Positions 25,631 to 40,155 of a stretch of 64,000 bases of DNA are shown here, one piece after another. This stretch comes from Chrysomallon squamiferum (taxonomy: Eukaryota; Animalia; Mollusca). The translations under genes were made by a program, and so were the position numbers. The notes under the pieces were generated by a model that saw only the letters and a program-made list of their open reading frames with translations, ran no database searches and was not told the DNA's origin. Numbering within the stretch: position 1 is the first letter of the stretch; each line of letters starts with the position of its first letter. The stretch covers positions 26,350,001 through 26,414,000 of the forward strand of contig CM022679.1 in NCBI GenBank assembly GCA_012295275.1, written 5' to 3'.

Positions 25631-27969
25631 AGAATAATCCTGGTGAAATATTATGTCATGATTGTCCAGACAGGTCCACAGCAATAGCTTATTGCCTCAC
25701 TTGTTGCGAGTACATGTGTGAAAGATGTAGAGCTTCTCACAGCAAATTCTCAAGTACAAGACACCATAAAACAGTGGATATATCACAGCTGGCAGAAATT
25801 CCACAGTCTGAATTTTTCCAGTGAAAGGATATCTGTACAAATCACGAAAATATGAAAGTTGATGTTTACTGCAAGACGTGCTGTACAGCTGTCTGCTCTA
25901 CGTGTGCACTTGTGTCTCACAAAGATCACGAAATCTGTAATCTAAAAGATGTCTACAGCGAGAAGAAGGAAAAGATCAAATCCACTTTATGTCAGTTACA
26001 GACGTCCATAGAAAAATCTAAATCGTGATAAACTGACTCGCGAAAAACAAACACTGGATGACACAGAAGAAGAAAGTCTAATAAAAATAGACGAAGCCAG
26101 TAAAGAAGTTATTAAAAAGATTCAAGATTTGACACACCAATTGAAAAAGGAAGTGTGTAGAAATGTTGACAAACAGAAATGTGTTCGAGATGAAGAGATA
26201 AAAGTGGTGACTCCGTCGATAAAAGAGAAAAGTGAACATCTTCTTCACTGTCAACAAGCCTTGCAGTTCGCACGTCAGGTCGAATTTACTGAAATGTTTG
26301 AGTGTCTGGAAAACAAAACAATAACTTTGATCAAGTGTGGAGAATTGGTTGATTTAAAGATACAGAAAATCGACTTACAGTTGGATGTATTTAAACGTAT
26401 TGATAATGTAATAAAGAAGACTGCAGAGATGTTTGACAAGTCAGAGATGATACCCTGTATTGAGATGACAGATGCTATTGTAGGGCGAGAATCTTGCGTT
26501 CTCAAAGTCAAACTCATCTCAAAGAAAAACAAATCACAGTCAGAAGCTGTTATTGGAACTCCTGGTCAAAGACACAAAACTGAAGAAAAAAAACGTTTCA
26601 CTACGTCCATTTGTGGAAACTGCTTTATACGCCGCTAAGACTTCACAAGGCTTCAGTCAGTGTTGGTAGTTTTCATTTTGTACATGACAGTCTTATATTT
26701 CACAGTTAGTATTTCAGTCTGTTTTTTAGATTTGAAATACAAAATGAGACGTGAGTTTCATGTAATTATATAAAGGGACGATTTTATTTTAGTTTCCAAA
26801 AGTAAATATATTATTATGTATATATATATTTTTAATGATTCTTCTTTTCCTAAAAGAAATCTCTCTCCCATCTAAAACTGTATTTCGGTGTCATATGATT
26901 TGTTTCACATTAACAAATATTATTTTCAGTATTGTTTGCTTTAGATGCTGAGCTCATGAGGAAAGTTCTGATTGGTCTGGACGTGCAGTCGAATACATTT
27001 AATGAAATACTGTGTGAGTAGAAAACATTTAATATTCGTTAATCCGTCATCTGAGAAATAAATGTATTAATTCATATGAATTGCATGTCTTTCTATCCAA
27101 AAACTGAATCCACACATCACCTTTTTTTTATGAGATCTATGAGGTTACAAGAGTGTCAAAATTATCTGTCCCATTCCGAATCCATCTATGTATTTTATTT
27201 TATTTTATTTTTTATTTTTTATGTGATATTAATCCAACGAAACACACAGAGATAATTATAGTTATATATGAATATTTTTATTATTGCAGTACCAAACGTA
27301 CAGTTTGATAAAAATGCAGTAAACAGGAAGAATTGTAACATCACAGACTGTGGTGAATTGATCAACACATTTTCAGTACGACCTTACACAGAACAGACCA
27401 TCAAAGTTCAAACGTTTAAAGGTGTTTTAGGAAACAAGATGTTTCACCATCCAGGCTGTTATTACTGGCAGGTTGACGTTGTATGTAAAGTACTGGAAAA
27501 TGCAGAACTTCACCATGTGGCAGCTCAAATCGGTGTTTGTACAGAACACAATTTCGATGATGCAGCTGCAATTTCACAGAATAGTCACGCCTGGTGTGTA
27601 AGTGTTGACACCTGTAGAGATCACAACAGTCATTGATGTTTAGTCATTGATTATTGTGGAGATGAAATAGATGACAAGCCGTTTGCAGATTTTGAAAAGA
27701 ACAAAGAGTTCATTGTGAATATTGGGTTGTTGCTTGACACGAAAAACAAAATGCTGCACATTATTGAGATAAATGCAAACAAATGTGAATACAGCATTCC
27801 TGATATTGATGTTTCAGAGCCTCTGATACCAGTATTTGGAGTCTATCGCCCTGACATGTTTGATGTTAAAGTAAAAGTTCTTTCTGGTGATGATGTGTCT
27901 CTAAACGACGAATTACTAAAATTAATCTTTAATATAATCAAAAAAAAAAAAATACATGAAAATGTGTAA
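25631..27969 (+). pseudogene. TRIM copy 4 pseudogene (type B tail; RING deleted)
   Basis: Homology starts just before B-box1 (~25631) with no RING upstream. Lesions: AGA>TGA stop at 25822-25824, 5-nt deletion near 26025 (tcgt[acact]gataaa), further indels ~26580-26705, and an insertion with stop in the SPRY exon ~27630. Exon 2 26945-27013 and the exon 3 acceptor at 27290 are retained. Confidence 0.88.
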
Positions 27970-28844
27970 CTGTTAGTGTTCATTTATATTTAGATTAAAT
28001 TCAAATATATAACAACAAGATAGTTATTTATTTATTTATTTATTTTTAATGGGGAGTCAGAAACCTTTTCATGGCTGTAGAAACAAATTCATTTGATAGA
28101 AAACTTTGGACAGTTCCGATTACGAGTGCTAAATCTATTGTGTGTGTTTGCCTTTTTTAATTTCGTTCTCTTGCAGTTTGTTTTAATTCAGACATTATTA
28201 GTAAGTTGTTTCTCTGACTTCTTTCCATTGTTATTGTTTGTATTGTTAGGAATATTATGGGTTTAATATCATGAAGTCAACATCAAAGTTAATATCATTA
28301 ATTAACATCAAAGTTAATATCATTAATTAACATCAAAGTTAATATTATGAAGTTTCTCAAAGAAATAATATAGAACTTAACAAAAATTATAAAGTTTTCA
28401 AGTTAAATCTAATATTCTTGCTTTTAGGTAATTTTAAAAACATTTTTGGTAAAATTCGCAGAGAAATGGGGGAAAACTGTAAGTACTTCTCCTGTTCTAG
28501 TTAACTATGGATTTAATACTTTCAGTATACTCTTTACAACAAACTAAGCATGTCGTATGCTTAGTGCATCTTAGTGAACATGTTCAGAGATTCTGTAATA
28601 CTGTTACAAACTGGTAATGTTTAGAATAAAAGTGAGACTTAAATGTACAAAATTATTTTAGTAACACAAGCTATTCTGAAAATGATAATGTAATCAATTT
28701 AATATTGCTCAATGCAAGCAGTACATATATCAAAATTAAACTAGAAACAGTAAATGTGAAGAAAAATGGAATATATGTGCAATACTATTTGTCTAAAATG
28801 TAAAAATGATAATATATTTTATATTTATTTCACCATAAGAAATG

Positions 28845-28878
<34 letters not shown>

Positions 28879-29187
28879 CAGTGGTACCTCGAGTTACGAC
28901 GTTAAAATAATTTCTAAGCTGCGGACCTCTGTCCATGGAAAGATGGAGAAACCCTGACCATGTACACTTTACAAAACCAGTTTATTTCTTTATATTCTCT
29001 TTCATTTTGTTTTTATACACTATTTGTCATTTATACATACATATTTCGTATTCCAAAACACGTTACAAAAAAATAGGGATGTTTTTCGGGGCTGGAACGG
29101 ATTAATGGTATTTCATATAATTTCAATTGGAAAACTGATTTGATATTCGAGCAAAAGTTGAGTTACGAGTAACTCAAGGTGCCACTG
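28879..29187. mobile_element. Non-autonomous Tc1/mariner (Tigger/pogo-like) MITE, 309 bp
   Basis: Terminal inverted repeats CAGTGGTACCTCGAGTTAC and GTAACTCAAGGTGCCACTG (17/19 match), flanked by TA on both sides. It interrupts sequence that is continuous in the inverted paralogous flank near 19300-19450. Confidence 0.82.
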
Positions 29188-30791
29188 TATATATACAAAT
29201 ATATAATTTTATTATTTTTAGTTCTTACCTTTTATGATTACGTATTTTATAAGTTTGTTACAATAGTATTTCTTTGTATTTATATGGCTTAAACAAATTT
29301 ACTACCAGGAATTACAAAACTGTTAGAACTTTTTTATAGATTTATATTTCGGATAATCAGCAGACTTCTGTTTTTTGTCATGTTAGTTTACTTTTACATT
29401 TAGTTATATTAAAATGTATAACTTGTACATATTAGTTCTATGTTCTGTGGTGAAATGAATAAAAAATCACGTTTGGTCTGCGATTACTTGTTTTATATTA
29501 TACCAACATTTTGAACAACAACAAACTTAAATTAGGTTGTCTTTTTTCATTTTTTTGTTTTTTTATCTACCTGAAAACCTTTTTATCCTTTACTTATTTT
29601 TCTCAATTGGACTGATGAAATAATTTTAATAATGTTCAAAATATGAGTTGGAAATAAATTTTATGCGATATTATTGGCGAGTTTTTATTCTAGTATATGT
29701 GGGTATCAGTGTGGGTATCAATATATATATATATATTTCCTTTGTTTTCTATCCTTTCCTTTGAAATTTTCGGATTATATTTTATTTTATTGTACGTTTG
29801 TTTTTCCTTTAGCTGTTTATTTTATGTGTTTCTTTAAATTTTGTTTTATAATATCAACTTGAATTCATTTTTATAATTTATCCAAGAAATTAGATTTAAA
29901 TTATTTCATCAACAACGTAACAGACATTATCTACCTGTCTGTCTGTCTGTGTGTTTAATGCAAATAAAGATGCATGTTAAACTGCACGCGAGCTGTACTC
30001 GGATCAGTGGAGTAAATGTAACTTGTATCACTGAGGTCGACCAGATCTGCATCGAGCGAGGCACCATCGAACAGAACTAATCTTTGTGGCAATGTACTAT
30101 CTACTAATAACAAACAATGCATAACCATATCAAATTTCTAATTCTTTTATTCACTCGTCACGAAGGTTTTAATATTTATACATTTATTTTTGCCCCTTGT
30201 ATTGAATCTTATCCGCTTGAACGAGTCACTGATACTTACTGCACTTTGCAGTTAACACGTTTCTCAAGGTGACCCGTCTGACGATGTTTGTGAAGTAGTT
30301 GTCGTGTAAGACAAATTGGATATAAATGCAGGACATTTACTTATTAGGTGAACATTATATTATAATGTAAAGGTTCAGTATACCAAGGTAAGTTAATGAT
30401 AATTTTATTGCTGTGAGCATTGGCAAACTGTGTACAGTGTCAGTCGAAGCGCTGACACTAATAATTAACTTGCTAATACTGTATTGGAAAAGAGGTGACT
30501 GAAGAAAACAAAATATATATTGTTTTTGTACTCTGTTGTTACCATTTGAGTTATTTTCTGTGATATATATATATATATATCAGTTTAAAGAACGGATTTA
30601 CGTTTTCAAAATGAAGGAAAAAGAAATCTATTTTACCATTAAGGAAATAGAAAGTTAAACTAAGGAAACATTTTCACATTGAACATGATGATACACTTGT
30701 TTGCAAGTGATAAAAATAGTATCATTACTGGATTAATTTAACAATTTTTACTTAAGATTTCCTTATGAAGACTCCACGGTAAATACTATTA

Positions 30792-30864
<73 letters not shown>

Positions 30865-30982
30865 TATTATTATCATCATCATCATCATTATTATTGTTAT
30901 TATTATTATTAATATTATTATTCTGGTTATTATTATTATTGTTATTATTATTATTTTTATTATTATTATAAATTTATGCTTT

Positions 30983-31109
<127 letters not shown>

Positions 31110-32329
31110 GCTTATTTTAATTTGAAAAAAATAATTGATTAGTTTTATTATATACAAAATGTTCTGGTTACTATATTATTATATTAATGATTGAAATTAA
31201 ACTAATTACCACTATTAATATAATAATACAAATAATAACAACAACAACAACAACAACAATAACAATAAAACTAATAAGAAGAACAAGAATAAGAGGAAAC
31301 TAACTAATTTCTGGTTAATAAATAAATGAATACTTGATCGCATTTTAACATTAAATATTACATAAACCATCCTGAGTAATCACGAAGCGATAAGTATATA
31401 AAAAAAAGAAAAGAAAAAAAAAAGAGCTTTTTAGACAAAGAAAATATAACAATGCAGTAGAGCGGACCTCAACAGATCAATAGCAATGTATTAACAAAGA
31501 AATGACGAAGATCAAAGTATCGCTGTGACTTCACATGGAAGGAAAATACCACAAATTTTGATAAATAATCTTGGTGATTTCTTCGAAAAAGTTAAAGTTC
31601 CTTTCGCTCAGAAATTTTTTAAATGACAATTTTCCAAAATGAGTTCTCCTGTAAATTTATTTTATTCATTTTTATTAATAAAAAAACTTACAGCGATAAA
31701 TGAATCTGTAAAAAGTTGTCATTCTTGTTGTTAAGTTAACAACGAACGATTTCTACAGATTTCAGCTTAAAGTGTAACAGAGGCGATAGAAATAAACACA
31801 GAGTTGTTTATACTTTAAATTATTTAATAATTGTAACCTGCAAACTTTAACAATAAAATAAAACTTTATAAAAGATTTGAAAGCCGTCAACGCAAAACTT
31901 TGCACCTGATATAGTGTCCACTTACACGAGTAGTAGTAGTAGTAGTAACAACAACAACAACAATAATAATAGTAACAACAACAAGAAGAACAACAAAAAT
32001 AATATGGATTATTATTACTGATGCACATTAAAGTGATTTATTACCAGGAATTTCTTAAAAATTAGCGAGGTAAAATTAAAAGCGTTTATTCGCTATATTT
32101 CGTGTGTTTCCTAAGAGAAATTAACACAGTATAGTCAGTTTATCTAGAAACAAGTTGTTAATTTTTTTAAATTATCTCTCGGATCTGTTTGATAGATTAT
32201 TAAGTGGTAATTAGCTTATTGTATGTTCGAACAGGTAACGTGGAATGATATTGTGCAGAAGATATGTTCACGCCTGCTTCTAAAGATATTTCTTCAGAGG
32301 AATTCCACGACACTTTAATATGACCCACG

Positions 32330-35212
32330 ATGGCTGAAAGTTGTGTTGTACCATTAATAGAAATTCGAGACGAGTTTGTTATATGTGAAATTTGTTTAGA
32401 CTATTTTAATGACCGAGATAAACTACCACGTATTTTACCATGTCACCATAGCTTTTGTTGTCAATGTTTGACATCTGTGTGGAACAATTCGCCAGAGGGA
32501 GTAACATGTCCCAACTGTCGACAAATATGGCCTGTTCAAAATAATATCGAGAAAACATTTCCACAAAACAAAGAATTCACAGATTTGGTGGAGTATATAA
32601 GAATTAAGAATAAAGTTGGAGAAATATCGTGTCAAGTATGTTCCAATAAACAGAAAGCAACGACCCAATGTTTCGATTGCGACACTTACATGTGTGAAAC
32701 ATGCACGTCATGGCACATGAAATTTCCAATATCAAAGCATCACAAGACAGTTTCCATATCGCAACTGGCGGAAATTCCACAGTCTGAATTTTTCCAGAGA
32801 AAGGATATCTGTACATATCACGAAAATATGAAAGTTGATGTTTACTGCAAGACGTGCTGTACAGCTGTCTGCTCTACGTGTGCACTTGTGTCTCACAAAG
32901 ATCACGAAATCTGTAATCTACAAGATGTCTACAACGATAAGAAGGTAAAGATCAAATCCACTTTATGTCAGTTAGAAAAATCTGAATCGTCCACTGATGA
33001 ACAGACAAAAGAAAAACAAACACTGGAAGAGATAAAAAAACGAAGTCTAATGAAAATAGATGAAGCCAGTAAAGAAGTTATTAAAAAGATTCAAGATTTG
33101 ACACAGCAATTGAAAAACGAAGTGTGTACAAATATTGACAAACAGAAATGCGATCGAGATGAACAGATAAAAGTGGTGACTCCGTTGATAAAAGAGAAAA
33201 GTGAACATCTTCTACACTGTCAACAAGCCTTGCAGTTCGAACGTCAAGTCGAATTTACTGAAATGTTTGAGTGTCTGGAAAACAAAATAACAACTTTGAT
33301 CAAGTGTGGAGAATTGGTTGATTTAAAGATAGAGAAAATCGACTTACAGATGGATGCATTTGAACGTATTGATAATGAGATAAAGCAGACTGCAGTGATG
33401 TTTGACAAGTCAGAGATGATACCCTGTATTGAGATGACAGATGCTATTGTAGAACGAGAATCTTGCGTTCTCAAAGTCAGACAAATCTCAGAGAAAAACA
33501 AATCACAGTTAGAAGCTGTTGTTCAAACTCCTGGTGAAATGTACGAAACTGATGGAGAACGTCTAACAACGTTCATTTGTGGAAAGCTGCTTTACACGCC
33601 GCTAAGACTCGGTCTTCACAAGACTTCAGTCAGTGTTGATAGTTTTCACATTGAACATGACAGTCTCACATTTCACAGCAGAGAGGAGAGTTAGTATTTC
33701 AGTCTGTATTTTAATATTTGTAATATACAATGGAAAACTGAGATTATGACATTTGTGTGTGTGTACACACATACATACACTTACCCAACATAGATAGATA
33801 GATATATATATATATAAAATAAAATAAAATAAAATGAAATAAAATAAAATAAAACAAGGAAAAGAAATAAAATAACGAATAATTCATTTTCTGTTTTCAG
33901 CTGTAAAACTTTTCAATTTGAAACAAAGTTTTTATAAAAGTAGCTTTTGTGTGATTTTTTCTGCCTGTGTTGTTTTACTTAAACGATTCACTGCCATGTA
34001 TGAATCTGTGTTTCCGTTTTAAATGACTTCTTTCACACTAACAAATATTATTATCGTTATTGTTTATTTTAGATGCTGAACTGACGAGAAAAGTTCTAAT
34101 TGGACTCAACGTGCAGTCCAACACGTTTACTGAAGTATTATGTGAGTAAAACATATTTAATATACGTTTATCCGATAACTCAGAACTAAATTTATTAATT
34201 TATATGAACTGCATGTCTTTCTATTGAAAAACTGAATGTACACATTATTAAAAAGTATTTAAAAAAAAACATTCATTCCAGATTTATGAAGAGAGAAGAA
34301 AGTATTAAAATTGTATATCCACTACGAATCCATCTGTGTATTTTATTTTTGATTTGTTTATTCCTTTGTCAGTTTAATTATTTATGAATATTTTCATTTC
34401 TTTCTTCATTTCTTTGTTTCTTTAACTATTTATTTTATTTTATACTACAAAAAAGGAGGATCAAGCGAGATTTAAAATATAAAATGTTATTTATCATCAG
34501 AACTTTTTCTTGCCGGAGATAATTATAGTTATAGACATGTATTTTTATTTTAACAGTACCCAATGTACAGTTTAATAAGAACTGTGTAAACTGGAGGTAT
34601 TGTAACATCACAGATTCTAATGGATTGACCAGGAAACCTCCACTACGACCTGACACAGAACAAACTTCCAAACTTAAATGTTTTGAAGGTGTTTTAGGAA
34701 ACAAGACTTTTCACCATCCTGGCTGTTATTACTGGCAGGCTCGCGTTGTCTGTAAAGTACTGGAAACTGCACAACTTAACACAGTGGCAGTTCAAATCGG
34801 TGTTTGTACAGAAGAAAATTATGACGATGCCGAATTAATTTCAGAAAACAGACACGCCTGGTGTGTAAGTGTTGATACCTGCAGTAATCACAAACGTCTG
34901 TGTTTAGACGTTTATTCTCTTGGGGAGGAAATATCTGACAGGCCGTTTGCACATTTTGAAAAGATCAAAGAATTCATTGTGAATCTTGGATTGTTGCTTG
35001 ACACAAAAAATAGAAAACTTCACATTATTCGTTTAAATGTAAACAAATGTGAATACAGCATTCCTGATATTGACGTTTCAAAGCCTCTGATACCAGTATT
35101 TGGAGTCTATAGCCCTGCCACGTTTGATGTCAAGGTGAAAGTTGTTTCTGCTGATAATATGTTTCAAAACGAAGAGTTACTCAAGTTAATCTCTAATTTA
35201 CTTAAAAAATAA
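32330..35212 (+). CDS. TRIM copy 5 (type B), ~694 aa
   Basis: Exon 1 32330-33689 (GAGA|gttagt; in-frame 12-nt deletion in the coiled coil), exon 2 34073-34141, exon 3 34557-35212 (taacag|TACCC). Open throughout. Confidence 0.88.
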
Positions 35213-35573
35213 TATTACGTTCTATAATTGACAACTAATCAATTTCTGTGTTCAAGATTTCTTAGCCATAATTGGTTCTTACCGATTTGTTTTTGATATT
35301 TCCCTGTATTTCTTCGTGTACTATAAATGTCAACGATAAATATATTTGCATTACTGCTTAGTCTGATATCAAAGTTTGGTGTCTACTGTCCTGTTTTGTT
35401 TTATGCCAACGTGAAGATTGTTTTTAGAGAGAAATTGTCACTGAGTGGTGAGAGCCTAGCATTAATCTGAATTGCTCTTCAGTGTTAGATTTATTGATCT
35501 ATTTATTTGTTTATTTGTTCATTTTTGTTCATTATTTTTTTTATTTTTTTTCATTTAATGATTGTTTGTTTAT

Positions 35574-36117
35574 TCACTTCAACCTGACACAGAACAAACC
35601 ATCAAAGTTGAAACTTTTAATGGTGTTTTAGGAAACAAAACGTTTCACCATCCAGTCTGTTATTACTGGCAGGTTGGCGCTGTATGTAAAGTACTGGATA
35701 AAGCAGAACTTCACAGTGTTGTAGCACAAATCGGTGTTTGTATAGAACAAAGATATGATGATACAAAACTAATTTCAGAAAACAGACACGCCTGGTGTGT
35801 AAGTGTTGACACCTGCAGTAATCACAACAGTCTGTGTTTAGACGTTCATTCTCTTGGGGAGGAAATATCTGACAAACCTTTTGCAGATTCTGAATCTTGG
35901 GTTGCTGCTTGACACAAACAATAAAACATTTCACATTATTCGTGTAAATGAAAACAAATGTGAATACAGCATTCCTGACATTGATGTTTCAAAGCCTCTG
36001 ATACCACTGTTTGGAGTTTATAGCTCTGCGATGTTTGATGTCAAAGTAGAAATTGTTTCTGCTGATCATATGTTTCAAAACGATGAGTTACTCAAGTTAA
36101 TGTTTAACTTACTTTAA
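35574..36117 (+). pseudogene. Orphan, 5'-truncated and frameshifted B30.2/SPRY exon (relic of a copy-1-like unit)
   Basis: Homology to exon 3 of copy 1 begins mid-exon (tcacttcaacctgacacag) with no acceptor. There is a 23-nt deletion at ~35890 relative to copy 1. The downstream 36118-36900 resembles 3291-4100. Confidence 0.85.
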
Positions 36118-36823
36118 AAAAATCAATGAAATCTATTGTGAGTGTTTGTGTGAAACTACCAATTTCAATAAATAAATGAAAAATAGCTATGATATAATAT
36201 CAATTTTATTTGTTCATTATTACCTTTCTTTAGAAATGTTTTATTATTATTACTATTATTAAATTTTACTATTAAATATGTCTTTGTAGTTTCTTTACAC
36301 TTTTTGTCTTCTTCCTCTTCTATTCTGTTTTATTTAAGTAATTATTAATAAATTGTTTCTTTTACTTCTTTTCATTATTATCGTTCTTATTGTTTGTAAC
36401 ATCTTGAATTTAATATCATGAACTTAATATCTAAGTAATTATAAAGAACACTAAAAAATAAAAATTGTTTGGCTTCAGGTCATTTCCAATCATATTTTTG
36501 GTTGCGTTCGGAGACGAATGGTGGAAAATAATACGTATTCTCCCGTTCTCAGTAATTTCAATACGGTTTCAATAATTTCAGCACAACATTTTGTTATTTA
36601 TCTTAACATCAAATATGCATACAGTGTAAATATTCTTTGTAATTGTAAATAGCAATAAAACTGATGACGTCAAAAAATTTACCTGTAATTAACGGACGAT
36701 AGTTTGATATGTTGTAAGCGGCTTGCCCCGTGGATTCTATTTTTTGCGCTGAATTGACAAATGGTTGTAAGTACCAGTCAAACGACCTGATTTTCACATT
36801 TCGAACTCATTTGTCAAAACGTG

Positions 36824-36896
<73 letters not shown>

Positions 36897-37669
36897 CTAC
36901 AACAACAGTCAATGTAACATATCAATCAGAATAATATAGATAAATAAGTAAGTAAGTAAGCAAATAAATTAATAAATCTCTTTTTATATTATTATTCTAT
37001 TTTTTTTTATTATTATCTGTTTATTTATTTATTTATTTGTATATATTATTTATTTATTTATTTAGTTTAGTTTATTTTTTTATTCATTATTTATTCATTC
37101 CTTCATTCATTTATTCTTTCATTCAATCATTTATTTATTTACTTTCAGCGATATTTTCTGTACAATATACATATATATATTTTCCATTATCGTATAAATT
37201 ACGAATGAACTATTTCAAAAAGAAACTGTCTGTAAAATAGATTTATGTCTGCCGCTCGAACTGAATCTACCCGCGTGACCCAGTCGCTGATACAAGCTGC
37301 CCTTTGCGGTTAAGACGTTTTTCAAGGTGGACCCATTTTGACGATGATCGTGAAATAGTTGTCGTGTGAGACAGGCTCCATGGTAAACATAGGATATTTA
37401 CTTGTTAAGTGACAAATACGTTATAATGTCAATTTTCAGTATACTCGGGTAAGTTAATGATAATTATATTGCTGTTGTCGTTTACAGTTTCAGCCATTAG
37501 TGACACTGAATACCGTGTCAGTGAAAACTAAGTAACTAGTTAGTAGTGCTGTGGAAAAGAATACACTGAGAATTTTACTTTTTATAGTTTGTTGTTACGA
37601 TTTGAATTATTTTCTTTCCTACATATATCGGTTTAAAGAATGAAGAAATAAGTATATTTTGCTATTCAG

Positions 37670-37687
37670 GAAATAGAAAGTGAAACT
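37670..37687. promoter_or_regulatory. ISRE/IRF-binding motif GAAATAGAAAGTGAAACT upstream of TRIM copy 6
   Basis: Three GAAA cores at 6-bp spacing; contains the reverse complement of AGTTTCACTTTC. Confidence 0.5.
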
Positions 37688-37881
37688 GATAAAACATTTT
37701 CACATGAAACATGACGACATACTTGTTTAGATGTGATAAAAATGTTAACATTTATGGGTAATTTTAGCAATTGTTCGTTAATAATTGAAACTGACAGAAA
37801 TTATCACAATATTGTACACTATTAGACTTTTTGCATACGATAAAATTTGTTTCTGAAGACTGTACGTTAAGTATTATTATG

Positions 37882-37913
<32 letters not shown>

Positions 37914-39293
37914 GATTATAAATGAACTTTATGTTTTCGAGTCTGGATTTCTCAATGTACGCTGTTTGCAGTAATTTTAAAAAATAGAAGAAATAAAAAT
38001 GATAAAAAAGAAGAAAATGTTAGTTGATATCAGTGTAATATTTTTTAACGCGGTCTATGTGAATAGAACGAAAAAAAACCCACACTAGTATATTTAAATA
38101 GAAATTGTTCATGCATGAAATATATACAAAAGCTGTGAGCTGTAAGCGAGTAACAGGTTTAAGGAGGTGACACTCTGTTAGTGTATTTGTCAGTATTACT
38201 CTTATCTAACTCGTAAAACACTGGGTACGCGAAAAAACGATGATATAGTTCACTTAATAATATTAACTTTTAATACAGACATAACAACAGTACTCTGACA
38301 GGAGTATAATTCACAGTGTGTTACTCAGCTTCAACGTAATTACTCCAGGTTTTGTTTTACACTGGTTTCTTCACACAAAATAAAAGTAGAAGCAGATAAA
38401 TGAAAGAAAAACTATTTTTATTCTTTGAACATTCTTTTCCTTGTTGTTTTAGTAATAATTATAATAACGAATTCCGGTTATCCATGGAAATTTGAAGTTA
38501 TGTGTTAATTCCTGGTTAATAAATAAATTAAATAAAAAACTTAATCTCATTTTAATATTAAATATTTACATCCACTGGTTTTCTCTTTAAAAAGAGCTAT
38601 AAATTCCACTTCATTTCCATTTAAGGAATAAATTAAAAACTAACGTAGAAAATACACTAACACAGTTTGTAAAAATAACACGAGAAAATAGTATTTTTCA
38701 AGATTCTTCTGTCAGTGTCTCCATTATGCTGAAGGCTCCTCACATTTATCTCAAAAAACAGCAATATATACACACTCGAAGGAAACATGGCGGAAAAAAT
38801 CCATAAAATATCTTCTGATGCACTGTGTATTAATCTGAGAAAGTATTTAGAGAAATGTTAACACAATTCTGTCCACACCGATAAAGCGATACCCTGACAC
38901 ACACATTTTACAACTAAGTGCAGACAGGGTTTTATTCAAAGAGGATCAGGGCTGACAGATGGTAAAGGAAACTAAACTTAACTTAAACCATTTAAAAACC
39001 AGGAATATAGCAACTGCGAAAGCATAACAAGAAGCGGATATCCGGAAAATGAGACATGCGCTTTAGAGAAATCGTCATTTTCTTAGCATGTGACAATGGT
39101 AAAGCGATAATTGCTTTTTCACTTCGATTAAAATCAAAATTCCGTTTTGAAAAACGATTTCCGTTCCAGAATGTGAATTCAGCAAATTCCGTCCGTTTAC
39201 CGCAACCGCGGAAAACCATTGGCTCTAAAGATACCGAGTGGGAAAAAAAAAACAATAATAATAAAAAATTAATTATAATAATAATAAAAATAA

Positions 39294-39340
<47 letters not shown>

Positions 39341-39681
39341 TATGTCATTTTTAACATTCACTGAGAGAAAGGAATCTGTAAAAAATGTCGTTGTTGTTAT
39401 TAAATTAAGAACACATGATTTCTACAGGTTTCATAGTAGAAAGTGTTAAGTGTAACATAGGCGATACATATAAACACACCATTATTAATACTTTAAGTTA
39501 TTATTTTATAATTATAATCTATCATAGCTCACTACAAACTGTGACAATAAAATAAAACCTGATAAAACATTTGAACGTCGTCAGTGTAATACTTCGAACT
39601 TGCAGTAGTGATCACTTACATGACAGCTGTAGCTTAGTAGTAGCAGTAGTAGTAGTGGTGGTGGTGGTAGTGGTAGTAGTG

Positions 39682-39741
<60 letters not shown>

Positions 39742-40155
39742 AGAAGAAGAAGAAAAAGAAGAAAAAGAAGAATAAACATAATTTGTACGTTTCAAAACTA
39801 AGCACTATTACCCGTGATGCAAATTGAACTGATTTATTACCAGTAATTGATTAGAAATTAGCGAGATTAAATTTAAAGACTTTATTCGCTATATTTGCTG
39901 TTAGGGTTCTTCCCTAGGAGAAATTAACACAGTACAGCAACAACTTCTGGATTTTCTTAATTATCTCTCGGATGATACATAAATCTTCAAATGTTACGTA
40001 AATATACTTAAATGTTTCATACATTATGAATCGGTAATTTGCTTATTGTATATTCAAGCAGGTAACATGGAGTGATATTGTACAGAAGATATGTTTAAGC
40101 CTGCTTCTAAAAATACTTCTTGAGCGGAATTCCACGTCATTTTCAGTGATCCACA

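Noticed and set aside
28278-28345. 25-bp tandem repeat (~2.7 copies), and a ~50-bp direct repeat at ~17524/17628
   Set aside because: Local slippage duplications with no sign of function.
38575-39227. Unique, more GC-rich insert upstream of copy 6 ending in a possible transposon terminus (ccgcggaaaaccattggctcta)
   Set aside because: Probably a DNA-transposon fragment, but no matching second terminus, TSD or coding similarity was found.
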